This document shows positions 41,421 to 55,896 of a stretch of DNA of 64,000 nt, one piece after another. Numbering within the stretch: the stretch's first letter is position 1; each line of letters opens with the position of its first letter. Origin of the DNA: Eledone cirrhosa (lineage: Eukaryota); contig CAXHJY010000961.1 in the NCBI GenBank assembly GCA_964016885.1, positions 119,033 to 183,032 of the forward strand, given 5' to 3'. Under the pieces are notes generated by a model, which saw only the letters and a list, made by a program, of their open reading frames with translations, was not told the DNA's origin and made no database searches. A program made the translations under genes and the position numbers.

Positions 41421-42700
41421 TATGTACTCTACGAGATTTACTGATTGCTACTTCTGTTATTGGACACTGGATAGTATTATTTTCGTTCAGGGTTTGTTTA
41501 GTGTCCAGGTTATGGCATTGCTAAGTGAGGGCGGAGACGAAGACTGGGTTGATAAGTTTGGATTTGATCTCCAAAGAAGTACTAAATGAGAGCTGACTGA
41601 GTTTGTCTTCTGGACTCTAGTATTAAAGAGGTATTAAATGGTAGCTGACTGAGTTTGTCTTCTGGACTCTAGTATCTATTTCTCTGTCCAGCTTCTCCTT
41701 CTCAGCAACGATGCTCTCTAAATATGTGAACACTTCAGTTTTATTGAGAAGCAGGTCGCTCTCGAGCACTACTAGTAACTTGTAGCTTCGTATAACCTGT
41801 TGCATGATCGGGTCGTGGGCAACTAAATTAGCAACCTTGCTAGGAAGAGGGGTAATTTTTGGACAACCTGATGTATGAAAAGCAAAACCTCTCAAAAAGC
41901 GGAGGAACTCAGGAGGAACTCAAGAGAGCCAATGGTTATCCAATAAAGTACCTATGAGAAGCTGCCCATTGTTGGCGATATTAAACATGTCAAGAGCAGG
42001 CCTTATTGATACGACTTATGTCTTCCCCAGTTCCTCTTCATTCTATGCTGGTGGCCATGGTTGTTGTTCGGGCTGTTTGTCTCTGCAGCCTTATATTTGT
42101 TTTTATTCAGAATGCTCTGTTCGTTAGCAAATAATACTTCATTTAGAGTCTCTGGGTTTAAGTTGGCAAAGTTCATAATTTTATCCATTTACTCAATAAG
42201 CAGCAATCTTATCCAAGCAACACAATCTTATCCTTTCTACCAATCCCGACTGCCAAGCAGTTCATCTATCATTACACATGACTTCTAAAACTCTTCACAT
42301 TAGCGCTCTGAGCTCTCCACTCCGGTATCTTCAAGCAGGTTAACAATGTTATTCCTTTTCCATCTACCCTTGTTTGTGTATAAACCTGGTGGTTCCCACA
42401 GAACAACATCACTGGCTATATCCTTAAGTTGACGAATAAAGTGACCTACATGTTTCATCCTTCTCTGCTCCATTTCTTTTCTGTTCTTGGTGGAAGCTGC
42501 TCATACATTTTTCTGCTGGTGAGTTTCAGTTTCCAGTAAGTATTAAGTGCCAGAAGCAACATTCTTGTATATCAGCCATCAATTCTATTTTTTAGTAGCT
42601 TTGTTATGCTCTCTTCTTCTGATCCATGTAAGAGAACAAACTCCGTTGTTGCAATAACAATCCTGTCGCATCCCAGAATGTATTTAATACCAGTAGGAGT
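41420..42700 (-). pseudogene. Decayed RTE-clade reverse-transcriptase fragments; an RTE-like 5' UTR segment at 41751-41900 (+) lies within
   Basis: FTYLESIVAEKEKLDREIDTRVQKTNSVSYHL, VLFANEQ (decayed LFADD), and ATTEFVLLHGSEEESITKLLKNRIDG*YTRML..HVGHFIR..VVLWEP. Confidence 0.7.
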
Positions 42701-43866
42701 GCATATCAGGGATCTATATGCACATTCGTTGTTGATGTAATCTGTTAAGGTCTCCCCATCAAAACATGTGGAAAATATAGTCAACATACCAACCATAATA
42801 ATCTGGGATAGAGAAATGAAAGCGAGCACACAAGTAGAAATCACAAGTCCCACAGACGTTAATGTAATCTAAAGATAAAAGAAAAAGTAAAACAACTTTG
42901 CGGAACTAATGAGAAATCTGCAGATACTCCACCCAGACACATCTTAGAGTTGTACCTGTGATTATTGGAGCAGTTGGCTGTTTAACTAACTGATTCACCA
43001 CCCGTGTTAAGATGCTGTGTTGCAGAAATCGGAAGGGATATGGTTAATTAAGAGATTACACTTCCAAGCCTACAATTGAGAAACTATGTAAAACTTTTCA
43101 GAGGTTCAGGCAATAATATTTGTACATAAAGACATAGGCACATACATAGGTTATAACGTACAGACATGCAAATGCAATGACATACATGCTTGCATACAAA
43201 TTACATGGGCAGATATGAGCATATATCACTACATCGTTGATGCTTCTCTAAACTGTAATGACAGTATAGTGTCTCTGGTTTAAAATCCAGATTTTCTCAT
43301 TGATGACAGATATTTGAAATACATAACTAGATCACACATACATACATGCATACATACAAACAAATGTACATTCATACATACATACAAACAATCATATATA
43401 CATACATCTCGATAAAAATAAAACATGTCCATACATGCATCCATAAACACTTACATATATATAAACACACATATGCATACACATATATATACATATATAT
43501 ATATTGAGAGATACCTACATTCATCCAAACATACATTCATCCATGAATACATACCTCCATACATACAACACATACATATATATCAACACAAAAGATATAT
43601 GCCAGTGATACAGTAGAAATTGCTGAGATGCAACATGTAAGTCAGGGTTATAGTAGTGTTCCTAGTGATCCGGTATTTCAGAATACCAGAATAATGGAAT
43701 AGACAGAATGTGAGATAAAAATAATAGAAAGCCTACCTACAGCGTAACAGTATATATTGTGTATATATTTTGAATGGCACTACGACAATTATTGCCAACA
43801 AAACAAATACTTAGACACCATTAGCGATTACCTCCCGGATTTCCTTCAACACACATTTTCTCTCTC

Positions 43867-43985
43867 TCTGAGTTCAAATCCAGCCGAGGTTAACTTTGCC
43901 TTTCATCCTTACGGGGTCGATAACATAACGTACCAGTAATACACTGTGTAATTACTGGCCTTGTGCCAAAAGTAGAAACAATTAT
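43867..43985 (+). mobile_element. 5'-truncated main SINE; further partial copies at 27822-27915 (+), 46832-46996 (-, older subfamily), 51255-51545 (-) and 58465-58540 (-)
   Basis: Core and tail matches. Confidence 0.8.
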
Positions 43986-44149
43986 ATATATATAGTAATA
44001 ATAATAAATGTGAAGACTAAAATACAAGAGGGCTCGATAAGGATAAATATATATCAAATATATAAGAACCAAGAGCAAATATTTATTAAAATAACAGATT
44101 AAAGTTTAAGCAAAGAAGGTAAAAACAGCGATTCTTTGCTTAAACTTAA

Positions 44150-44252
<103 letters not shown>

Positions 44253-44255
44253 AAT

Positions 44256-44390
44256 GAGTAAATCCGTAGGAAAGGTAAAGGAAAAGAGAGTGCTCTATGT
44301 AGGCTACAGAGCTTTTTAGTTACGTAATAAACAACATAAGATAATTATGGTAAATGAAATAATTATCTTATGCTGTCTATTACATAACTA
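44256..44390 (+). mobile_element. Dispersed ~130-bp repeat family; copies at 44990-45060 (inverted) and 51073-51190
   Basis: Shared TCCGTmGGAAAGGTAmAGGAAAArAGAGTGsTCTATGTAGG..ACAGAGCTT.TTAGTTAyGTAATAAACAACAT. Confidence 0.75.
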
Positions 44391-44397
44391 TATATAC

Positions 44398-44514
<117 letters not shown>

Positions 44515-45061
44515 CGTAATAGCGCCTGAAGAAATGTCACTACTTTACGTCTCTTGTTTTCTGGAAGTGTGGTCAAATTTGAGCTTTGAAACCTTGAGTA
44601 GCCTTTGTTCCCAGTATGAACATAGATATATTTCATAGAGATATGCCTTCTACAGACCAGAACTGTTTCATACGAATGAAACAGTTCTAGTCATTTCTAT
44701 ATATAATAGAGATGACTATATTCTGCTACGTATTGAGTACCTTATTTAATTGTGGTTACCCCCCCCCCCCCTCCGACATCGTTCGTGAGTTTCCTTATAC
44801 TTTTATTTGATATTAAAATATTCATAAATATGTATCTGTATCTACCTATATGTATAAATACGCCTGTATAATATATATAATCATTTATACAGCTCCAACC
44901 GGGATTGATTGAAGTATATTCTATATTACATATACGATTGGCACTTTCCAGCCCGATTAGTTGAGCACTCTACAGTTTTCAGGAATTTAAACTATTAAGC
45001 TCTGTTACCTACATAGAGCACTCTTTTTTCCTGGACTTTTCCGACGGAATTACTTCATTCA

Positions 45062-45096
<35 letters not shown>

Positions 45097-45263
45097 GTGT
45101 GCGTGAGTATGCATGCATATATGTATACTTTCATGTGTCTGTGTATGTATGTATGCATATATGCATACATACATATGTATGCATGCATGTATATGTATAT
45201 GTATGTGTGTGTATGTATGCATGTATGTATTTATGTTTGCATATATGTATATGTATGTCCATA

Positions 45264-45313
<50 letters not shown>

Positions 45314-45861
45314 TAACACCCCTCAATCGGTTTTCACATCCCCCGACACGCTCGTTAAAATTTGCCGACTGTACACACCACAGGTAATTGCCTCCAGAGA
45401 TACTTTTATCATTCAACTCCTCATTTTTAGCGACCTTTTCTAGTTTTACAACAACTCACATAGCTTTTTCTTCTGCTACCCGTTCTTCTTCTTCTTCATC
45501 TCATGTTCCCCTTCTCGTTCTTTTTCTCATGTTCCCTCTCTAGTTCTTTTTCTTTTCCTTCTTCCTTATGTTCCGCTTCTTGTTCTTCTACTCCTTCTTC
45601 GTGTTCACCATCTTGTTCCTCATGTTGTTGTTGTTATTGGTGATGTTATAGTTACATTTGCTGTAGTTTTGTTTTAAAACAACAACAAGGAGAATCAACA
45701 AGAAGAAGAAATAGGAAAAGAAAAAAGAAAACTCGTTTTGTTCACAGTTGGGAGTAAGTAGTGTGAGAACGTCTACCGTTGATCTCTCCTCATGAAGTAA
45801 TCATTATTGGCAGAGGACTCGGTAGGAACTCTTTTACAGAGATAACTGACGTTAAGAAGGT

Positions 45862-46200
45862 AGGCTGGGGTGGAGGTAAGGGTGGTTACAGTGAGCTGGA
45901 GGGGATGTGGTGGTTAAAGTGAGCTGGGGTGGATGTGGTGGCTACAGTGAGCTGGGGTGGATGTGGTGGCTACAGTGAGCTGGGGTGGATGTGGTGGTTA
46001 CAGTGAGCTGGGGTGGATGTGGTGGTTACAGTGAGCTGGGGTGGATGTGGTGGTTACAGTGAGCTGGGGTGGATGTGGTGGCTACAGTGAGCTGGGGTGG
46101 ATGTGGTGGCTACAGTGAGCTGGGGTGGATGTGGTGGTTGCAGTGAGCTGGGGTGGATGTAAGAGCTGGGGTGGATGTGGTGGTTACAGTGAGCTGGGGT
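45862..46200. repeat. 28-bp minisatellite, about 11 copies
   Basis: Unit ACAGTGAGCTGGGGTGGATGTGGTGGyT. Confidence 0.92.
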
Positions 46201-48159
46201 GAAGGTAAAGGTGGGGTAAGTTGTTGGAGGAATTTTGTTCTACCTTATTGTCTTTTGTCTGTTGTTTTCTACTTTTCTTTTTTTTGTTTCTTTTTCGTAT
46301 AATTTCTCGTTTTATGCTTTATTGTTGTTATTTTAAACATGTTTTCTTTTCTTTTATGAATGTTGTTGTTGTTCTGGTTGTTGTTGCTTATTGGTGCTGA
46401 AGTTTTACTGCCATTTCTCATCCTTTATTTTTGCAACCATTTCTGGTCGAAAATTGGAATCATTTAGTAGCAGATGGCCGAATCATCGATCGATTAACTA
46501 ACGTATCGAATTTCTGGTTTTCGTACCAGTATTATGTGATGTGTTTTAAACATTCCATTTCTCTTTGCACGTTGCTCAACAGTCAATGCTACACACTCAC
46601 ACACACACTCTCACACCCACTCACACACACACACATACACACACGATGACGTTTGCTTTGTTATTTCTATTTACCTTTTACACATACACATACATGGAAA
46701 GACCAATGGAAACATGGTTTCCTGGGTTCAATTTCTTCCAGAGAAGAAATTGAACCCAGGAGAGAATGGTAGTGCGAAACATATATATACATATATATAT
46801 ATATATAGATAGAGAGAGAGGGAGAGAGAGAGGGGGGAAGAATCGACCCCAATACGGGACTGATATTTCTTTATCGATCTCGAAAGGATGAAAGGCAAAG
46901 TTGACCTCAACAGGATTTGAACTCAGAGATCAGAGAGCTGGAACAAATACCACAAAGCATTCTTTCCGGTGTTTTAGCGACTCTGCCAATTCACTGTCAT
47001 ATTTCCAATGAAAAACACTGACTATGATGATCAAATAATGTTGAAAATAATCAATTTTGAGGTACATTATATTCTGTAATAGAACTAATTTATTCATTAT
47101 TCAATTGGTGATTTAAAGCATAAATTTACAAATAATCGTCATAAAATTACGATGAAAGCTGCTTAGATAAATATAACCACTTTAAAAATAAAGTTTACCT
47201 TGTAGTACCAGAGGCGGTTTGGTATTAATATGGTTAATGGTTGGAATAGCTTTAATCATAGTTTTATTAATTTAGTCACAAAATTAGATTTTGTTGATGT
47301 TTCTAGCAGATCAAGTGAACACGGAATGGTTTCGTTGGTGGCTCATGTGATGATGGTGGTAATGGTGGGGCTATTGGTGATGGTGGTATTGGTGAGGCTG
47401 GTGGTGATGGTGGTAAGGCTGGTGATGATGGTAGTGGTGGGGCTGGTGATGATGGTATTGGGAGTGGTGATGATGGTGGTATTGATGGGGCTATTGATGA
47501 TGATGGTGGCGGTGGGGCTGCTGATGATGGTGGTAGTGTGCGTGTGTCGGGGGCTGGTGATGATGTGAGTGTATGTGTGTGAGTGAGTGTGTGTTTGTGT
47601 TGTGGTAACGTTGGCTCGCATAGTGACAGTGGTAATGGTGGTGGTGGTGGTAGGGCTAGTAATGGTGGTAGTCGGGCTGGGGATGATTTCGTCAGTGCCT
47701 CATATGGTGATGATGGTGGTGGTCGTGGTGGTGGGGACTGGTGGTGGAGATTGGTGGTGGTGGTAGTGGAGCTGGTAGTGATAACGCTGGCTCGCAAAGT
47801 GACAGTGATGGCGATGGTGATGGTCGCCAACGTGTTTGTGGTGGTCACCATCATGGTGTTGGTGGTGGTAATGTTAGTAATATGTAAACGATGTATGGTT
47901 ATGGTAGACAATAATCGTATGAAAAAGCAACAGGCTTGTTTACACGTAGAAAATTATATATACACATATAACAACACGTTAATACACCTTTACTGAAAGG
48001 TGCTAAATGGATGATCAAAGGAAAATATATATATATGTATTCCTCAACTCCAATAAACTATGATTCTCTGGAATGGATATTGAATGGATATATTATTTTG
48101 TATTGTCCCCTACATGTCGGCCCTTGTGGCTAATAAATGAAATCATTATTATTATTATC

Positions 48160-48960
48160 ATGGCGGTGGATTGACAGTATTGGTAGAGGGTCGGACGCCA
48201 TGCTTTGACGCATAGAGTTACGGCCCTTGCCATTCTGAGTTCAAATCCCACCGAGGTTAACTTTGCCTTTCATCCTTACGGGGTCGATAAAATAAAGTAC
48301 CAGTAATACACTGGTATTTGCTGGCCTTGTGCCTAACGTAGAAACAATTATTATTATTATCATTATTATGGTGGATTGGCAGTATTGGTAGAGTGTTGGA
48401 CGCCATGCTTTCCAGCATAGAGTTACGGTCCTTTACGTTCTGAGTTCAAATTCCGCCTAGGTTAACTTTGCCTTTCATCCTTATGAGGTCGATAAAATAA
48501 AGTACCAGTAATGTACTGGGTAATTGTTGGCCTTGTGCCTAAAGTAGAAACAATTATTATAAGGGCGGTTCATTGGCAGTAGAATCGGTAGAGCATCAGA
48601 CAAAACGCTTTGCCGCATAGAGTTACGGCACTTTATGTCCTGAGTTCAAATCCCGTCGAGGTTAACTTTGCCTTTCAGCCTTACAGGGTCGATAAAATAA
48701 AGTACCAGTAATGAATTGGAGTCGATTTAATCGACTTTCCCCTCGCCTCCAAATTTGGTGGCCTTGTGCCTAAATCAGAAACCATTATTATTACAATGCT
48801 TTGACGTATGGAGTTACGGCCCTTGCCATTCTGAGTTCAAATCCCGCCGAGGTTAACTTTGCCTTTCATCCTTACGGGGTCGATAAAATAAAGTACCAGT
48901 AATACACTGGTATTTGCTGGCCTTGTGCCTAACGTAGAAACAATTATTATTATCATTATT
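48160..48960 (+). mobile_element. Head-to-tail chain of four main SINE copies
   Basis: Copies at about 48160-48350, 48370-48557, 48562-48790 and 48795-48945, each separated by (ATT)n. Confidence 0.9.
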
Positions 48961-49448
48961 ATTATTATTTATGTCGTCCCTTGTGGCCAATAAATGAAAC
49001 TATTTTTTACTGTTGTTATTACATTTTTTGCAGTATGTATTTTTCTTATGTGTTTGGCATGGAGAGGTTGTTGGTTCTGGTGGTGCACTAATTATGGGAA
49101 TGTTTGGTATTCAAATATGTTATATGTTGAAGAGGAATTATTCTGGAAGAGTTTGGCATCAGATCTATTAACTCCTTCCCCTAACCTGTCCATACCTACC
49201 CAACCTTAACTACCTTTCAAAGGTGTCCCGTTTATTTAGGATTCTGCCAACAGATTCACAATACTAATGTGAAGGAACATACTAGAAACGAAGACAAAAA
49301 AAAATGAAAGAATATTATATATATATGTGCGTATGTGTGTGTGTGTGTGTATGTGTGTGTCTATATATGATATATATATATATGTGTGTGTGTGTCTATA
49401 TATGATATATATGTGTGTGTGTGTCTATATATAATATATATATGTGCG

Positions 49449-49489
<41 letters not shown>

Positions 49490-49881
49490 GTGCGTGTGTG
49501 CGTGTGTGTGTGTGCGTGTGTGCGCGTGTGCGTGTGTGTGTGTCTATAAAATATATATATGTGTGTGTGTGTGCGTGTGTGTGTGTGTGTCTACATATGT
49601 GTGTGTCTATATATAATATATATATGCGTGCGTGTGTGCGTGTGCGTGTGCGTGTGCGTGTGCGTGTGTGTGTGTCTATATATAATATATATATGTGTGT
49701 ATGTGTGCGTGCGTGTCTGTGTTTATGTATATGTGTATATATAAAAAGGAAAAAATGCTGAAATATGACATCAGTGAGAAAAATGTATACAAACTGCAGC
49801 AATAACACCTGTAGTGGTGGTGGCGGCGGCAGTGGCGGTGATGTGGTGACGGTAGTAGTGGTGGTGGTGCGAGGGGTAATG

Positions 49882-49923
<42 letters not shown>

Positions 49924-50228
49924 ATCTGTGAAAATTGACGACAAGCATTTTGGTGTTCCACTTCATGGTCGTTAAATGAAGGGACATATGTGGCTGAGTA
50001 TTCCAAGACATAAATCGTGTGTGTGTGTGAGAGAGGTATTTTAATACGTATGTAATATCAGCAATGTTTTAGATATGTCAACAGAACTCTAACATATATG
50101 TAATAGGAGTAATACTGTTAGATATGTTAAGAAGTACTTGAATAATCGTGTATCGATGTATATATATATATATACACACACACACACATATATTACTCTT
50201 TTACCTGTTTCAGCTACCGGCTGAGGCC

Positions 50229-50269
<41 letters not shown>

Positions 50270-50422
50270 TAAGCAAAATGGATATTTAATTTGTTGGTAA
50301 TTCAACAAATATATATATTTATAACTGATTCGAAGCACTCGACAAGTTTTCTGGAGTATAATATCAATGATATTAATAAATGGAAACTATAGTATATATA
50401 TGGTTTCCATTTATTAATATCA

Positions 50423-50485
<63 letters not shown>

Positions 50486-50940
50486 GATATTAATAAATGG
50501 AAACTATATTTATAAAACCATATTTATTTCATTATACATATTTCAGGGATACCAAATTAAATTATGGTATGCCTTCATCAGACAAAATACAATATATAAC
50601 AGTTTTACAAATAAGCTTTGACGTACCCTTTTAAAGTGCGACCATTATTTGTGGAAGCCATCTGGATAGTGAATTGTTTATATTATTTTAATAAGTCTTA
50701 GTGTTATATATATATATGCTTATATATTTGTATAGTGTTATATATATATATATATATATATGCTTATATGTTTGTATGTATATATATATGTATATATATG
50801 TATATATATATATTTGAAAAAAGGAAAAGAATGACTTCACTTGTAGTTCTAAACAATTTGATTTAATTTAGAACTACAAGCGAAATCATTCTTTTCCTTT
50901 TTTTAAATATACCTAACTGTACCAAGGATTTCACACATTT

Positions 50941-51061
<121 letters not shown>

Positions 51062-51709
51062 TATGTGTGTGTGAAGTATTTCCGTCGGAAAGGTACAGGA
51101 AAAAAGAGTGGTCTATGTAGGGTACAGAGCTTATTAGTTATGTAATAAACAACATTAGATAATTATTTCATTTATCAGTGGTTTCTTGAAGGCAGATGTT
51201 GTGTCTGTCTTCAGTCGTCAGAATCTGACGACTGAAGACAGACACAAGGGTTTGTCCTACACTCTAACAGCTCTACCAACTCCCCACCTTCGACAGCAAT
51301 AATGGTTTCTTATTTAGGCACAAGGCCAGCAATGTGAAGGGAGGGAGAAGGTCGATTTAATCGACTCCAGTGCGTTACTGGTACTTTATTTTATCGACCC
51401 CGTAAGGATGAAAGGCAAAGTAAACCTCTGATTTAGGCACACGGCCAGCAATTTGAAGGAAAGTAGGAGGTTGATTAGATCGAGCCTAATGTATTACTGG
51501 TACTTTATTTTATCGACCCCGTAAAGATGAAAGGCAAAGCTAAGCTCAGCATTCAGATCCTAGAATGTAGCAAGTCGCAACTATATAGTAGTAGTAGTAG
51601 TAGTAGTAGTATTGGCAGCAGTTGTAGTAATAGTAGTAGTATTAGAAGCAGTTGTAGTGGTACTAGTAGTGGTAGTAGTAGTAGCAGCAGCAGTAGTAGC
51701 AGCAGCAGT

Positions 51710-51741
<32 letters not shown>

Positions 51742-51784
51742 TATTAGCATCAACAGTAGTAGTAGCTGAAGTAGCAGTAGTAGT

Positions 51785-51816
<32 letters not shown>

Positions 51817-52084
51817 TATTAGCAGCAACAGTAGTAGTAGCTGAAGTAGCAGTAGTAGTATCAGCAGCAGCAGCAGTAGTAGTAGTAGTATTAGCAGCAA
51901 CAGTAGTAGTAGCTGAAGTAGCAGTAGTAGTAGCAGTAGCAGTAATAGTAGTATCATGTTATTGATGATAATGATGGTAGTGGTGATGTATGTCTGGCAG
52001 GCGGCCACCAGCCATTAAACTTCAAGCCAGCCAATGTAAGGAAAAGTCACGTTAGGATGTTCTTTGTATAATCTGTCACGGCAA

Positions 52085-54120
52085 TAGCACCATCCCCACC
52101 ATCACCACAAATACTACCACCACCACCACTATCACCACTAACACTAACACCACTAACACCACCACAAATACTACCACCACAAATACTACCACCACCACCA
52201 CTAACACCACCACGAATACTACCATCCCCACCATCACCAGATATACTAACACCACCACCACTAACACTAACACCACTAACACCACCACAAATACTACCAT
52301 CACCACCACCACCAGATATACTACCACCATCACCACTAACACTAACACCACCACAAATACTACCATCCCCACCATCACTAGATATACTAACACCACCACC
52401 ACTAACACTAACACCACTAACACCACCACAAATACTACCATCACCACCACCACCAGATATACTACCACCATCACCACTAACACTAACACCACCACAAATA
52501 CTACCATCCCCACCATCACTAGATATACTAACACCACCACTACTAACACTAACACCACTAACACCACCACAAATACTACCATCACCACCAGATATACTAC
52601 CACCACCACTAACACTACCATCAACACAAATACTACCATCACTACCACCATCACAACCACCGTCACTACCACCAATACATCCACCATCACTACCACCACT
52701 AACACTACCATCACTACCACCAATACATCCACCATCACTACCACCACTAACACTACCAACACTACCACCATCACAAACCCTACCATCACTACCACCAATA
52801 CATCCACCATCACTACCACCACTAACACTACTAACACTACCACCATCACAAACCCTACCATCACTACCACCAATACATCCACCATCACTACCACCACTAC
52901 CACCACTAACACTACCAACACTACCACCATCACAAACCCTACCATCACTACCACCAATACATCCACCATCACTACCACCACTAACACTACCAACACTACC
53001 ACCATCACAAACCCTACCATCACTACCACCAATACATCCACCATCACTACCACCACTAACACTACCAACACTACCACCCTCACAAACCCTACCATCACTA
53101 CCACCAATACATCCACCATCACTACCACCACTAACACTACCAACACTACCACCATCACAAACCCTACCATCACTACCACCAATACATCCACCATCACTAC
53201 CACCACAAACACTACCAACACTACCACCCTCACAAACCCTACCATCACTACCACCAATACATCCACCATCACTACCACCACTAACACTACCAACACTACC
53301 ACCATCACAAACCCTACCATCACTACCACCAATACATCCACCATCACTACCACCACAAACACTACCAACACTACCACCCTCACAAACCCTACCATCACTA
53401 CCACCAATACATCCACCATCACTACCACCACTAACACTACCAACACTACCACCCTCACAAACCCTACCATCACTACCACCAATACATCCACCATCACTAC
53501 CACCACAAACACTACCAACACTACCACCATCACAAACCCTACCATCACTACCACCAATACATCCACCATCACTACCACCACTAACACTACCAACACTACC
53601 ACCATCACAAACCCTACCATCACTACCACCAATACATCCACCATCACTACCACCACTAACACTACTAACACTACCACCATCACAAACCCTACCATCACTA
53701 CCACCAATACATCCACCATCACTACCACCACTAACACTACCAACACTACCACCATCACAAACCCTACCATCACTACCACCAATACATCCACCATCACTAC
53801 CACCACAAACACTACCAACACTACCACCCTCACAAACCCTACCATCACTACCACCAATACATCCACCATCACTACCACCACTAACACTACCAACACTACC
53901 ACCCTCACAAACCCTACCATCACTACCACCAATACATCCACCATCACTACCACCACTAACACTACCAACACTACCACCCTCACAAACCCTACCATCACTA
54001 CCACCAATACATCCACCATCACTACCACCACAAACACTACCAACACTACCACCACTAACACTGCTATCACTATCAACACAAACACCACAAGCTCCATCAC
54101 TATCACCATTACCACCACAA
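52085..54120. repeat. ACC/ACT-derived minisatellite: 141-bp units (~52140-52620) then 75-bp units (~52720-54050)
   Basis: GATATACTAA recurs at 52240/52381/52522, and ACCCTACCATCAC recurs every 75 bp. Confidence 0.92.
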
Positions 54121-54359
54121 CACCACTACCATCATTACTACCACTATAACAATATTATCACTACCATGAACACCATCACTATCACCACTAACACTACCAT
54201 CACTACCACCACTACCACCACTACCACTACCATCACTACCACCACTAGCATTACCATCATTACTATCGCTACCACCACAGACAGTAGCGTCATTACCAGC
54301 ACCCACATCACCATCACCATAGTTCTATACTGTTGTAGAAGTCTTTAACTAGTGTGGAT

Positions 54360-54445
<86 letters not shown>

Positions 54446-54963
54446 TCTAACCCATCGCTCTCCCCCTCTCTCCAGCAAGATAGAGATTCTTTAAATAACA
54501 TGATCAGCAATCCGAACGAGAGGGTCATACGATCTAATTGTTAATTAGGCGCCGTGCGGTTTCAGATTGTTTTGATAAGAACAGTTCACATCTGTTGTTT
54601 TCGTTAGATTCATTTCCTGTTCTTCACAGCAGTAACTGTTGTTGTTGTTGTTGTTGTTGTTGTTGCTGCTGTTGGTGCAGTGAGTGTCCTGCTTTCCTTA
54701 AACCTATTTCACATTGAATCATCGACTTCGTGACCCGTGATCTGTGACGACCTTTCTCTCGTGACCTGTGACCCGTGTTACATGTTCAAACCGTGACAAG
54801 AATTTCGTATGTCAATTGCTTACCGTGGTATTTCTGTGCTAAGTTTTCTATGAAACCACGAAAAAGCTATCAAATTTCATATGAAGTATATGTAGATGTG
54901 TGACGTCCGAACGAGTATCCTCCACCTCCAACTAACTTACCCGCCACCGCGTGGTCCAGTGGT

Positions 54964-55490
54964 CGACAGAATGAGGAAGGCGTTGCTCCAGAGAACGGCG
55001 AGGGAGGTGCACTGGAACAGCCACTCCTCCTCATGGTCCCGGCCGACAGAATGAGGAAGGCGTTACTCCAGAGAACGGCGAGGGAGGTGCACTGGAACAG
55101 CCACTCCTCCTCATGGTCCCGGCCGACAGAATGAGGAAGGCGTTGCCCCAGAGAACCGCGAGGGAGGTGCTCTGAAACAGCCACACCACCACCTCGAGGG
55201 GCTCGCATTTACGTGCAGCCAACTCTGCTCCGATGGTAGTGAAGAGGGATGTGATCCAGGACCCAAGAACGCCGGAAGTCTGCTCCGTTACAGGCTCTAC
55301 CACACACCTATCAGTGAGCTGCCAATACTTTGATAATTTGCCCTAGGTTAAGGGTAATTCCATCTTCTTTCTGGCCAACTGCGGTCCGAGAGCAGTGTAT
55401 ATGGATGTGGTCAAGGGCCCAAGAACGCCCGAATCTCCACTGTTACAGGTTCTAACACAAATCTATCAGTAAGCAGCTGATGTTGAGAGT
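54964..55490 (-). pseudogene. CRE-like non-LTR retrotransposon restriction-like endonuclease C-terminus, with internal duplications
   Basis: KLSKYWQLTDRCVVEPVTEQTSGVLGSW..IGAELAARKCEP..WLFQSTSLAVLWGNAFLILSA matches the RLE end motif K..KY..L...P...ET.G..G...LFQR.S.A..RGNA. A second partial copy lies at 55360-55490, and an 80-bp unit is triplicated at 54964-55185. Confidence 0.75.
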
Positions 55491-55856
55491 TACATTGAGA
55501 AAAAGATGTCAACATTCCTGGGATATTCTCTATCAATTCTTACAGGGAAGTTACTGCTGTATAGAGGCAAGTTGGACAAGACGGAACAGACTTAGGAGAT
55601 CCAACATACTTCTTCTGGATAGGTGGGAGGTAGAGGATGGGTGAGAGAGGGATGGGTTAGAGAGGGATGGGTTAGAGTGGGAGGGTGAGAGAGAGAGAGA
55701 GAGAAAGAGGGTGTGATGGAGAGAGAGAGAGAGGTAGGTCACAGGTAAAGCATAAATATGCATATCTGTAGGACAGTGTGATATAAGGCCGAGAGATACA
55801 GGGGTAAAGTGAGAGAGAGAGAGACACACAAACATAAATATATATATATATATATA

Positions 55857-55896
<40 letters not shown>

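Noticed and set aside
52076-54118. 680-aa Val-rich minus-strand ORF
   Set aside because: Antisense reading of an ACC/ACT minisatellite with implausible composition.
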